The notes beneath the pieces are model-generated. The model did not search any database and had not been told where the DNA came from. It worked only from the letters and a program-made list of their open reading frames with translations. The translations under genes were made by a program, and so were the position numbers. A DNA stretch of 64,000 nucleotides. Source: Candidatus Kaistia colombiensis. GTDB lineage: Bacteria > Pseudomonadota > Alphaproteobacteria > Rhizobiales > Kaistiaceae. Positions 8,889 to 18,038 of this stretch are shown here, piece after piece. The DNA lies in contig CP119318.1 in NCBI GenBank assembly GCA_029203105.1, forward strand, positions 3,243,721 through 3,307,720, read 5' to 3'. How positions within the stretch are numbered: the stretch's first letter is position 1; each line of letters begins with the position of its first letter.

Positions 8889-10600
8889 GGCGTGGCACTC
8901 CGCGGAACGAAGACGTACAAATCCAGCATCCGCCCACCGTTCAGTGCATAGCCACGGACGGTACCTGCCTCATCCACCATCATTCCCAGATCCTCGGCCC
9001 TCTCGTTGAAGCTCTGCAGCTGCCGCTTCTCGACGAAGGCGGCGCGGCAGGAACCGCTCGCCAGAAAACTCGCCGCACCGGCGCCATCCGTCAACAGCGT
9101 GTCCGTCCCTGCCAGCAAGACGAGGCTCGGCTCGGCGTAACCGGCACTGGCGAAGCCAGGATCCGGGCAGACCAGAGCCGCGCGCCCGACGCGGGCGAGG
9201 TTCTCGCTGATCCGCGTCTGCTGGTAGCCAGGCAGCACCATGCCGAAAATGCCGAGATAGGTGATCATCGCCGTCAGGATCGCAACGATGCTGCTCGAAA
9301 TGGGCGAGAGCGTGAACAGCTTGCCGGAAACCAGTCCAACCAGCGCAGCGGCCAACAGGACCAGGATGCCGGCGACCGGCACCGATTCGCCGAGCAGCAC
9401 CGCGACCACCGCGGCGGCGATGGCGAAGGCGAACGGGAACAGGGCCGCGCCCGAGGCGGCGAAACGGGCGAACCAGCCGCGGGTGCGGACACCGCCGCCG
9501 TCGAGCGCAGCGGCCGTCGCCAGCGCCATCAGCGGATAGAGCGGCAGGACATAGTGCGGTAGCTTGGTCGGCGTCGCCTCGACCGCCAGCCAGAACGGCA
9601 CGACCGAGACGACGGCATAGAGGATCACCGGCTGCTTGAACCGGTCCATGATCCAGGAAATGCCGGCGGAGAAATAGGCGGCAACCGGCCAGAAGGTGAA
9701 AAACATCAGCAGCAGATAGGCGCCGGGCGGCGCCCCATGCGATTCCTGCACGCTGACGACCTTGCCGATCAGATCCTTGCCAACAGCCTCCTGGAAAAAC
9801 GCGCCCTTGCTAGCGATGCCGATGGCCACGAACCACGGCGCGACGACCACGAGCATCCAGATCAGCCCCGGCAACGGCGCCAACTGCTTGACCCAGCGGA
9901 ATGAGCTACCGATCACGGAAAGCAGGATCAGCGGACAGGCGATCGCTGCGAGTCCGACCGGCCCCTTGATCAGGATCGAAGCGCCGAGCGCCGTCCAGAA
10001 GATCGCGGCAAGGCGCAGGTTGCGATCGGTTGATGCGGAAAGCCAGGCGCGCGCGAGAGCACCATGCGCCACCAGAATGGTCGCCAGCAGCACGGCATCG
10101 GTCTTGGCAAGCCTAGCCTCCACGCCAAGCAGCACGGTCGAAGCCATCAGAAGGCCGGCGAGCAGCGCCACGCGCGGACGCCCGAATGCCATTGCCAGCC
10201 ACCAGGTCAGGCAGGCGGCCAGGATCGCACCGATCATCGACGGCAGCCGATAGACGCCGATCGGGGCGTCCGGCCCGGTCCCGGTCGCCCAGACGGCAAG
10301 CGATTGCAGCCAGTAAATGCCGATCGGCTTCTTGTAGCGCGTCTGCTCCTGCAGGCGAATGTCGAGATAGTTGCCGGTCTCGACCATCTGATGCGTCGCC
10401 TGCGCGAAGCGCGGTTCGTCACGGTCGACCGGCGGCAGGGTCGCAAGGCCAGGAAGAAAAGACAGCAGCGCCACGACGGCGATGAGGGCAAGACTCGCCG
10501 CCGACGAACTCGCGATCCGGTCCACCGCCCGTTCGATTCTCGTGGCGAGACGCGCCCAGATCGCCTCTGTCCCGCCTGCGGTCGCCTCGGCTCTGCTCAC
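8885..10600 (-). CDS. ArnT/PMT-like (GT39/GT83) polyprenyl-phosphate-dependent glycosyltransferase
   Basis: 571-aa polytopic protein with the N-terminal signature DRDEPRFAQATHQMVETGNYLDIRLQEQTRYKKPIGIYWLQ. GTG start. Confidence 0.85.
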   Translation of the reverse strand: MSRAEATAGGTEAIWARLATRIERAVDRIASSSAASLALIAVVALLSFLPGLATLPPVDRDEPRFAQATHQMVETGNYLDIRLQEQTRYKKPIGIYWLQSLAVWATGTGPDAPIGVYRLPSMIGAILAACLTWWLAMAFGRPRVALLAGLLMASTVLLGVEARLAKTDAVLLATILVAHGALARAWLSASTDRNLRLAAIFWTALGASILIKGPVGLAAIACPLILLSVIGSSFRWVKQLAPLPGLIWMLVVVAPWFVAIGIASKGAFFQEAVGKDLIGKVVSVQESHGAPPGAYLLLMFFTFWPVAAYFSAGISWIMDRFKQPVILYAVVSVVPFWLAVEATPTKLPHYVLPLYPLMALATAAALDGGGVRTRGWFARFAASGAALFPFAFAIAAAVVAVLLGESVPVAGILVLLAAALVGLVSGKLFTLSPISSSIVAILTAMITYLGIFGMVLPGYQQTRISENLARVGRAALVCPDPGFASAGYAEPSLVLLAGTDTLLTDGAGAASFLASGSCRAAFVEKRQLQSFNERAEDLGMMVDEAGTVRGYALNGGRMLDLYVFVPRSATP

Positions 10601-10767
10601 GCGCTTACCGTCCCATCGACATTCGTGCCCGAAGCCAGCGGGATATCGCGAACTCCGCCCGGCAGCAACAGTCGCAGGGTCTCCGCGCCGATCGAACGCA
10701 TGCTGTCGCGGGATCCATTGAGAAATCGATCACAGCCCAAACACATTCGACATGCTAACAGACGGGC

Positions 10768-13491
10768 ATGGATGAATGGATCGCCCTCGGAATCATCGCC
10801 CTGATCGCCTTGCCGGTCATGGCCATTTCAGCGTTTGTGATGTCGCTCGGCGCACGCCGGCGCATTCGCGCGCTCGAATCGCGCCTGAGCCTGCTGGAGC
10901 AGCGGCCGCCGGCGGCGATCGGCGCCGTCGCCTTCCCGAGCCCGCCATCCCTAACCGCCGACACCGCGCCGCAAGCAGTGGAACCCGAGATCCGCCTCGC
11001 CCCGCCCGAGGCCGAAGAGCCGCCGCTGCCTGAACCGATCGCGGCGGCCGAGATCGCCGCCCCCAAGGCGCCGCAGCGGCCGAAGGAGAGCTTCGAGCAG
11101 AAGCTCGGCGCGCGCTGGGCCGTCTGGGTCGGCGGCCTGGCCCTGGCGCTCGGCGCCATCTTCCTCGTCCGCTTCTCGATCGAGGCCGGCCTGCTCGGCC
11201 CCGGCGTCCGCATCGCCTTCGGCGCCCTCTTCTCGATCGTCCTGCTCGGTCTGGGCGAATGGCTGCGCCGCTCGGACCGAATCACCGCGATTTCGCGCAT
11301 TCCGGCCGCGAATGTGCCCGGCATCCTCACCGCGGCCGGCACCGTCGGCCTGTTCGCCACGGTCTATGCCGCCTATTCGCTTTATGGCCTGATCGGGCCT
11401 ATGGCGGCCTTCATCCTGCTGGCACTGATCGGCATGGCCACCATGGCCGGCGCCGGTCTGCACGGGGTCTGGCTTGCTGGTCTCGGCCTGGTCGGCTCCT
11501 ATGTCACGCCGCTGCTGATTTCCTCCGACAAGCCCAACATCCTGGCGTTGATGATCTACCTGATCGTCGTCACCGCCTTTGCGCTTGCCCTGGCGCGACT
11601 GTGCCTGTGGCGCTGGCTGGCGGTCGCCGCCAGCGTTGCGGCGATCCTCTGGGGTGTCGCCATGTTCGGCGCCGGCGCCGGCGCGATCGAGAGCGGCATC
11701 TACGCGATCGTCCTGCTCGCCCTCTCGTCGATCTTCCTCGTCGTCGACGTCCAGCGCGATACAACCACCGACCGGCCGGACTGGCTCGCCGTGGGCGTGC
11801 TGGCCGGCTTGGCGGCGCTCCTCGTATCGGGCGCGATTGCGCGCGACTATGCCTCGGCGAGCATTGCCGCGAGCCTGATCGGCGGCGCCATGCTGCTCCT
11901 GCTGGCACGCCGCTACGACGCGGTCGCTTTCGTCGCGCCGGTTGCCGCGATCGAACTCATCGCGCTGCTGTTCTTCTGGCCGGCCGCCGCGCAGGCGGCG
12001 CATGAGCCGCTCACGTATATCGTCGATGCGCTTTCGACCTATTTCCCCCTGCCCGACGCTGTCCGCATGTTCGGCATCGTCGGGTTGCTCGGCGCGGCCG
12101 CGCTGATCGCGACCGCGTTGACCCGACTGCAGGCAAGGCCCGGAGCCGGCCCCTTCGCGACCTCGGCGCACGCCGCCGCGGCAAGCGCCGGCCCCGTCGT
12201 TGCGGCCATCGTCGCCTATCTCAGGATCACCGGTTTCGTCTCCAGCATCGCCTTCGCCGCGATCGCCCTGGCGCTGGCCGCGCTCTATGCGGTGCTGACG
12301 GAGCGTTTCGCCCGCCGCGAACGGCCCGGAACGGCGCTTGACCAGGTTCCGACCGGCCTGTTCGCCGCCGGCGCCGTCGCCGCCATCGCCTCGGCGCTGA
12401 CCATGGCCCTCGAAGGCGGCATGCTGACGACGGCCCTGGCACTCGCGGCGCTCGGCGCCGCCTGGGTGCAATTGCGCCGTCCGATCGGCGTGTTGCGCTA
12501 TGCGGTGGCCGTGCTGGCCCTGTTGGTGCTCGCCCGCGTCGCCTGGGATCCGTACATCTTCGGCGTCCGTTCCGGCAGCGGCGTCTATCTCTCCATCCTT
12601 GTTGGCTACGGCATTCCGGCGGCCGCCTTCGCCATAGCCTCCGTGCTGCTGCGGCGGGTCCGCGTCGACCGGGCCGTCTTCGCGGCGGAAGCGCTGGCGG
12701 TCATCATGACCGCGCTTCTGGTCGTGTTCGAAATCCGGGCCATCGTGTTCGGCGGCGACCTGCTGTCGCCGAACACGGCGCTCAGCGAACAGGGGCTGAC
12801 GACCGCCGCCGCCTTCGCCTTTGCCCTCGGCCTCTCGCGCCTTGCCCAGACGCGTCCGAGCCCGGTCTTCCGGCTGGGCGGCGTATTGGCCCGGATGCTC
12901 GGCCTGCTCAATGCGGTGATCGGCCTTGGCTTCGTCGCCAATCCGCTGTTCACCGGCGATCCGGTCGGCGGTGGCCCGGTCTTCAACGAGATCCTGCTCG
13001 CCTATGGCCTGCCGGCCGTTCTCGCCGGTCTCGTCGCGTTCCGCACGCCACCAGCCCGCTTGCGCTGGCTGCAGGCCGCGACGGGCGTCGTCGCGCTGCT
13101 CCTCGCCTTCACCGCCGTGACGCTGGAAATCCGCTTCCTGTTCGTGACCTCTCCGGATCTCTCCGTGGATCCCGTCGGCTCGGCCGAATCCTATACCTAT
13201 TCGGCGGCGTGGCTGGCGCTCGGCATCCTGCTGCTCGCCTTCGGCCTCGTCTTCCGCCAGCGGGCGGCCCGCCTTGCCTCGGCGCTGCTCATTGTGGTGA
13301 CGGTGCTGAAGGTCTTCCTGATCGACATGTCGAACCTCGAAGGCGTCTGGCGGGCACTCTCGTTCATGGGCCTCGGCGCCGTGCTGATCGGCATCGGTCT
13401 GGTCTATCAGAGGCTGCTCTTCGGCAGTGCCAAGGCGGTCGGCGAGGCCGACGATCCGCCGTCCGAATCCGGCACGCCCGCCGGCGCCTAG
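10768..13491 (+). CDS. DUF2339-type large polytopic membrane protein
   Basis: 907 aa. One N-terminal TM is followed by a short coiled segment (RRIRALESRLSLLEQR), a Pro/Ala-rich linker, and then more than 20 hydrophobic helices. This is the architecture I associate with DUF2339. Confidence 0.7.
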   Translation: MDEWIALGIIALIALPVMAISAFVMSLGARRRIRALESRLSLLEQRPPAAIGAVAFPSPPSLTADTAPQAVEPEIRLAPPEAEEPPLPEPIAAAEIAAPKAPQRPKESFEQKLGARWAVWVGGLALALGAIFLVRFSIEAGLLGPGVRIAFGALFSIVLLGLGEWLRRSDRITAISRIPAANVPGILTAAGTVGLFATVYAAYSLYGLIGPMAAFILLALIGMATMAGAGLHGVWLAGLGLVGSYVTPLLISSDKPNILALMIYLIVVTAFALALARLCLWRWLAVAASVAAILWGVAMFGAGAGAIESGIYAIVLLALSSIFLVVDVQRDTTTDRPDWLAVGVLAGLAALLVSGAIARDYASASIAASLIGGAMLLLLARRYDAVAFVAPVAAIELIALLFFWPAAAQAAHEPLTYIVDALSTYFPLPDAVRMFGIVGLLGAAALIATALTRLQARPGAGPFATSAHAAAASAGPVVAAIVAYLRITGFVSSIAFAAIALALAALYAVLTERFARRERPGTALDQVPTGLFAAGAVAAIASALTMALEGGMLTTALALAALGAAWVQLRRPIGVLRYAVAVLALLVLARVAWDPYIFGVRSGSGVYLSILVGYGIPAAAFAIASVLLRRVRVDRAVFAAEALAVIMTALLVVFEIRAIVFGGDLLSPNTALSEQGLTTAAAFAFALGLSRLAQTRPSPVFRLGGVLARMLGLLNAVIGLGFVANPLFTGDPVGGGPVFNEILLAYGLPAVLAGLVAFRTPPARLRWLQAATGVVALLLAFTAVTLEIRFLFVTSPDLSVDPVGSAESYTYSAAWLALGILLLAFGLVFRQRAARLASALLIVVTVLKVFLIDMSNLEGVWRALSFMGLGAVLIGIGLVYQRLLFGSAKAVGEADDPPSESGTPAGA

Positions 13492-13506
13492 GCCATTTCA
13501 CAGGAA

Positions 13507-13544
13507 CTCCCTTCGCGCCTTCCCCGTTATCGGTGCGAAGGGAG
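13507..13544 (+). promoter_or_regulatory. Hairpin sequestering the SD of the downstream proline-rich ORF (or weak terminator of the DUF2339 gene)
   Basis: ctcccttcgc (13507-13516) pairs perfectly with gcgaagggag (13535-13544) around an 18-nt loop. The 3' arm contains the AAGGGAG Shine-Dalgarno located 6 nt before ATG 13551. No U-tract follows. Confidence 0.35.
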
Positions 13545-13550
13545 AGCCCG

Positions 13551-13889
13551 ATGCCCGATCCGAACCGACCCGTCCGCACGACGCCGGGCCCCGATGGGCC
13601 CGACCCCGGTCAACCGCCCAAGCCGGCGCCGCCGGTGCATGATCCTCCGTCGCCGCCCGACCCGCCGCTACGGCCGCCGGATATACCGCCGATTCCGCCG
13701 CAGGAGCTGCCGGGCAACCCCGACGTGCCCGATCCCGGCCCACCGCAGCCAGCGCCGCCGATCCACGATCCACCGCCGTTGCCCGAGCCGCTGCCCAGTC
13801 CGCCGGATGTCCAGCCCGTACCGCAGGAACTGCCCGGCAATTCGCCGCAAGAGATACCGATCAACGAGCCGCCGGTTGATCCGTCTTGA
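13551..13889 (+). CDS. Proline-rich hypothetical protein with internal 43-aa duplication
   Basis: 112 aa from ATG 13551, preceded by GGGAGAG. About 45% Pro with repeated PP(V/I)HDPP...PPQELPGN units. No signal peptide or TM. Coding status is inferred from the SD, the open frame and repeat conservation at protein level. Confidence 0.5.
   Translation: MPDPNRPVRTTPGPDGPDPGQPPKPAPPVHDPPSPPDPPLRPPDIPPIPPQELPGNPDVPDPGPPQPAPPIHDPPPLPEPLPSPPDVQPVPQELPGNSPQEIPINEPPVDPS
13608..13850 (+). repeat. Diverged tandem duplication (about 129-nt period) inside the proline-rich ORF
   Basis: Unit 1 is ggtcaaccgcccaagccggcgccgccggtgcatgatcc...ccgcaggagctgccgggcaac. Unit 2 is ggcccaccgcagccagcgccgccgatccacgatcc...ccgcaggaactgcccggcaat. 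Confidence 0.7.
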
Positions 13890-13929
13890 CGCCCGCGCGG
13901 GCCGGGGCCATGAAGTCCCCGAGCCACAC

Positions 13930-14988
13930 ATGCGCGCCACAGACACCACCTCCCCCATTCTTCTCGTCGGCCCCTCCTGGGTCGGCGACATGGTCATGGC
14001 CGCGAGCCTGGTCGCCGCCTTGCGCCAGCGCTTTCCCGATCGTCCGGTCGACGTCCTCGCGCCGCCCGCCGCGCTACCGATCGCGACCTTGATCGAAGGC
14101 GTGCGCAACGCCATTCCGCTCGGCTTCGGCCACGGCCAGTTCGGGCTCGCCGGGCGCTGGAAGATCGGCCGGTCGCTGAAATCGGCCGGACATGCCACCG
14201 CCATCGTGCTGCCACGCGCCTTCAAGGCGGCGATCCCGCCCTTCGCCGCCCGGATCCCGGAGCGGATCGGCTATGCCGCCGAGGGACGCAGCATCCTGCT
14301 GACCGATGCGCGCAGCGACGCCGATCGAAAGACGGCCCGCACCATCGATCGTTTCGTCGCGCTCGCCGGCCCCGCCGGCCAGCCGCCGGCCTCGCCGCGC
14401 CCGCTGCTGCAACAGCCGAAGATCGACCTGGCGGCCCTCGCCGCCCGTTTCGACCTCGACGACGAGCGCCCGGTGCTCGGTCTCTGCCCGGGCGCGGAAT
14501 ACGGCCCGGCCAAGCAGTGGCCGGCGGCGAAATTCGCAGCCCTCGCCCGTCTCGCCGACGAGGCCGGCTATCGCGTGCGGCTGTTCGGCGGGCCGAAAGA
14601 CAAGGCGATCTCGGCCGAGATCGCCCGCCTGGCCGGCGTGCCGGTCGACGACCTGTCCGGCAAGACCTCGCTGATCGAGGCGGCGGCGCTGCTCGGCCGC
14701 TGCGATGCCGTGGTTTCGAACGATTCGGGTCTGATGCATGTCGCCGGCGCGCTCGACCGGCCGCTGGTCGTCGTCTACGGCTCAAGTTCGGAAAAGATGA
14801 CGCCGCCGACCGCGCCGAATGCCGAGATTGTTTCAATCGAGCTTTCCTGCCGGCCCTGCTTCAAGCGTGAATGCCCGCTCGGCACGCTCGCCTGCCTCGA
14901 AGGCATTGACGCCCAGCGGGTCTTCGCCGCCGTCGAACGGGTGATTGCGGTGGCCCGGGCCGAAGCCGGTAGTTCCCTCCAACCCTGA
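13930..14988 (+). CDS. waaF: ADP-heptose:LPS heptosyltransferase II (GT9)
   Basis: 352 aa from ATG 13930 (MRATDTTSPILLVGPSWVGDMVMA). Also GLCPGAEYGPAKQWP and SNDSGLMHVAGAL. The track N-terminal extension is the out-of-phase tail over the Pro-rich ORF. Confidence 0.88.
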   Translation: MRATDTTSPILLVGPSWVGDMVMAASLVAALRQRFPDRPVDVLAPPAALPIATLIEGVRNAIPLGFGHGQFGLAGRWKIGRSLKSAGHATAIVLPRAFKAAIPPFAARIPERIGYAAEGRSILLTDARSDADRKTARTIDRFVALAGPAGQPPASPRPLLQQPKIDLAALAARFDLDDERPVLGLCPGAEYGPAKQWPAAKFAALARLADEAGYRVRLFGGPKDKAISAEIARLAGVPVDDLSGKTSLIEAAALLGRCDAVVSNDSGLMHVAGALDRPLVVVYGSSSEKMTPPTAPNAEIVSIELSCRPCFKRECPLGTLACLEGIDAQRVFAAVERVIAVARAEAGSSLQP

Positions 14989-15039
14989 CTTGCGCTATCC
15001 AACCGGCCGCCGCGCCGATCCTGCGCGAGCTTGAGGACG

Positions 15040-16056
15040 ATGCCGATGAGCGTGAATTCGAGAGACGGGCGCGACACGATCCTGGTGACCGGTGGCGCCG
15101 GCTTCATCGGCTCCAACATGGCGCGCGCACTGGCCGCCGATGGCTGGCGGATCGTCATCTCGGACTGGTTCGGCACCGGTCGCAAATGGCTGAACGTCGC
15201 CGACATTCTGCTCGATGACGTCATCGTTCCCGAGGCAACGCTCAGCTGGCTCGAACAGAATTACCGCCGCGTCGAGGCGATTGTCCACATGGGGGCCATC
15301 TCGGCCACCACCGAGGCCAATGTCGACCTGATCGTCGAGCGCAACATTCGCGCGACGCTCGACCTCTGGGCGTTTTCGGCCGTCCACGACATCCGCCTGA
15401 TCTATGCCTCCTCGGCCGCCACCTATGGCGACGGCAAGGACGGTTTCGTCGACCATGAAGATCCCGAGCATCTGGCGAAGCTGCGGCCGCTCAACGCCTA
15501 CGGCTGGAGCAAGCTCGCCGTCGATCGCCGGATCATGGACGATGTCCGCGCCGGCCGCGCGACACCGCCACAATGGGCCGGCCTCAAGTTCTTCAACGTC
15601 TATGGGCCGTTCGAGGCGCACAAGGACGACATGCGCTCGGTGATCCACAAGATCTATCCGACCGCCGCCGCTGGCGAAGCCGTGACCCTGTTCCGCTCGC
15701 ATGACGCGAACTATGTCGATGGCGGGCAATTGCGCGATTTTGTGCATGTCGCCGATTGCGTCGACGTCGCCCGCTGGCTGATCGGTAGCCCCGGTGTCAG
15801 CGGCATCTTCAATGTCGGCACCGGCCAGGCGCGCAGCTTCGCCGATCTGGCGCGTGCCGTGTTCCACGCCTCCGGCCGCGAGCCGGTGATCGACTATGTC
15901 GACATGCCGGAGCGGATCCGCAACGCCTACCAGTACTTCACGCAAGCCGACATGACGAAGCTGCGCCGCGCCGGCTACAATGCCGACTTCCGCTCGTTGG
16001 AAGATGGCATCCAGAGCTATGTCGGCGATTATCTCGCCAAGGGCATCGCCCTTTGA
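15040..16056 (+). CDS. hldD: ADP-L-glycero-D-manno-heptose 6-epimerase
   Basis: Contains TGGAGFIGSN, YASSAATYG, NVYGP-EAHK, GIFNVGTG and the C-terminal YQYFTQADMTKLRRAGY. Start is ATG 15040 or 15046. Confidence 0.9.
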   Translation: MPMSVNSRDGRDTILVTGGAGFIGSNMARALAADGWRIVISDWFGTGRKWLNVADILLDDVIVPEATLSWLEQNYRRVEAIVHMGAISATTEANVDLIVERNIRATLDLWAFSAVHDIRLIYASSAATYGDGKDGFVDHEDPEHLAKLRPLNAYGWSKLAVDRRIMDDVRAGRATPPQWAGLKFFNVYGPFEAHKDDMRSVIHKIYPTAAAGEAVTLFRSHDANYVDGGQLRDFVHVADCVDVARWLIGSPGVSGIFNVGTGQARSFADLARAVFHASGREPVIDYVDMPERIRNAYQYFTQADMTKLRRAGYNADFRSLEDGIQSYVGDYLAKGIAL

Positions 16057-16589
16057 CCGGCGATCTCCGCCCGGCGGCGTTTCTCGACCGTGACGGCGTA
16101 ATCAATGTCGACCACGGCTACACCTACAAGCCGGAGGACCTAGAGTTCATCGACGGAGCTCCGGCGGCCATCCGTCGCCTGAACGAGGCCGGCTACCAGG
16201 TCGTCGTCGTCACCAACCAGTCTGGCGTGGCGCGTGGCTACTACACCGAGGTGGACGTCGACCGGTTCCACGCCCATATGCAGGCCGAATTGGCCAAGGC
16301 GGGAGCCCGGATCGATGCGTTTTACTCGTGCCCCTATCATCCAGATGGCATCGTCGCGGCGTATCGGGTCGATCATCCCGATCGCAAGCCGAAGCCGGGC
16401 ATGATCCTGCGAGCTCTCGGCGATATGCCGATCGATGCACGCCGCTCCTTCCTGATCGGCGATTTACCGAGCGACATGACGGCGGCGGCCGCCGCCAACA
16501 TTTCGGGACATCGCTTTCCGGGCGGAGACCTTGACGATTTCGTTGCCGGGGTGCTCCTACAGACGGGCGCCGCCCTCGGGCCCAAATAG
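16053..16589 (+). CDS. gmhB: D-glycero-beta-D-manno-heptose 1,7-bisphosphate 7-phosphatase
   Basis: HAD motifs FLDRDGVIN, VVVTNQSGV and RKPKPGM, plus the Zn-binding-type CPYHPDG segment. The TTG start overlaps the hldD stop (TTGA). Confidence 0.88.
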   Translation: MTGDLRPAAFLDRDGVINVDHGYTYKPEDLEFIDGAPAAIRRLNEAGYQVVVVTNQSGVARGYYTEVDVDRFHAHMQAELAKAGARIDAFYSCPYHPDGIVAAYRVDHPDRKPKPGMILRALGDMPIDARRSFLIGDLPSDMTAAAAANISGHRFPGGDLDDFVAGVLLQTGAALGPK

Positions 16590-16598
16590 GATCTTTCG

Positions 16599-18038
16599 AT
16601 GCTGGACGAACTGCATTCCGGACGGGTCGCCGTGATCGGCGACGTCATGGTCGACCGCTACATCACCGGTTCCGTCAGCCGGATCTCGCCGGAAGCGCCG
16701 GTGCCGGTGCTGCTGCACGGCAATATCCGCATCGTCGCCGGCGGCGCTGCCAATGTCGCCGCCAACGCGGCCGGCCTCGGTGCCTCGGTGACGCTGGTCG
16801 GCTATGTCGGTGCCGACGCCGAAGCCGACGAATTGCGCACGGTGCTGCGCGACTATCCGGCCATTCATCTGAACCATCTCGTCGTCGACGGGACCCGTCC
16901 GACCGTGACCAAGACCCGGGTCATGAGCGGCCGCCAGCAGATCGTCCGCATCGATGCCGAGAGCCCTGGCGCGCCCGGCGCCGAGGCGGAGGCCGACCTG
17001 ATCGCCGCCGGCAAGGCGGCCATCGCCGAGTCGGACGTCGTCGTCCTGTCGGACTATGCCAAGGGCGTGCTTTCCGACGCCGTGATCGTCGCTTTGATCG
17101 CCGAAGCCCGGACACTCAACGTTCCAGTGATCGTCGACCCGAAGCGTAAGACCTTCGATATTTATCGCGGCGCGACGCTAGTGACGCCGAACCGCAAGGA
17201 ACTGTTCGAGGCAACCGGCCTCAACGATGACACCGACGAGGAAGCCGTGCGCGCCGCGGCGGCTGCCGGCCTTCAGTTCGATGGCGACGTGCTGGTCACC
17301 CGCGCCGAAAAGGGCATGACGCTCTGGCGGCAGGATGGCGCGGTCACGCATGTGCCGACCGAGGCCCGCGAAGTGTTCGATGTCTCGGGCGCCGGCGACA
17401 CGGTCGTCGCGGCGCTTGCCGTTGCGCTTGCCTCCGGCCTGCCGCTAGAGACCAGCGTGGTCACCGCCAATGCGGCGGCGGCGATCGCCGTCAGCAAGCT
17501 CGGCACAGCAGTCGTGACACGCGCCGAGCTGACGGCGGCGCTCGACCGCACCAGCCATGCCGAGGACCATGCCGGCGCGCTCGTGTCGCGCGAGGATGCC
17601 GCCAAGATCGTCGCGCGCTGGCAGGCACGCGGATCGCGGGTCGTCTTCACCAATGGCTGCTTCGACCTGCTCCATCCCGGCCATATCGCGCTGATCGAGG
17701 CGGCGGCGAAGGAAGGCGACCGGCTGGTCGTCGCCCTCAACACCGATGCGTCGGTCAGGCGTTTGAAGGGGCCGTCGCGGCCGCTGCAGGACGAGCAGGC
17801 GCGCGCCCGCGTCATGGGGGCGTTGCGGGCCGTCGATCTCGTGGTGCTGTTTGACGAGGACACGCCGCTCGAAGCCATCCAGGCAGTCAAGCCGGACGTG
17901 CTGGTCAAGGGCGCGGACTACCAGGAGCATGAGGTGGTCGGCGCGGATTTCGTCAAGGCACGCGGCGGCCGCCTGGTGCTCGCCAATATCGTCCCGGGCC
18001 GCTCGACGAGCGCCCTCGTCGCCTCGGCCCGGTCGTGA
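16599..18038 (+). CDS. hldE: Bifunctional D-beta-D-heptose 7-phosphate kinase / D-beta-D-heptose 1-phosphate adenylyltransferase
   Basis: 479 aa. Ribokinase-like N-domain (DVSGAGDTVVAAL) plus cytidylyltransferase-like C-domain (FTNGCFDLLHPGH). Confidence 0.92.
   Translation: MLDELHSGRVAVIGDVMVDRYITGSVSRISPEAPVPVLLHGNIRIVAGGAANVAANAAGLGASVTLVGYVGADAEADELRTVLRDYPAIHLNHLVVDGTRPTVTKTRVMSGRQQIVRIDAESPGAPGAEAEADLIAAGKAAIAESDVVVLSDYAKGVLSDAVIVALIAEARTLNVPVIVDPKRKTFDIYRGATLVTPNRKELFEATGLNDDTDEEAVRAAAAAGLQFDGDVLVTRAEKGMTLWRQDGAVTHVPTEAREVFDVSGAGDTVVAALAVALASGLPLETSVVTANAAAAIAVSKLGTAVVTRAELTAALDRTSHAEDHAGALVSREDAAKIVARWQARGSRVVFTNGCFDLLHPGHIALIEAAAKEGDRLVVALNTDASVRRLKGPSRPLQDEQARARVMGALRAVDLVVLFDEDTPLEAIQAVKPDVLVKGADYQEHEVVGADFVKARGGRLVLANIVPGRSTSALVASARS

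Noticed and set aside
13608-13850. The tandem repeat could have been a CRISPR-like or VNTR array.
   Set aside because: There are only two diverged units, no spacer-repeat alternation, and the repeat is in frame and conserved at protein level. It is an internal gene duplication.
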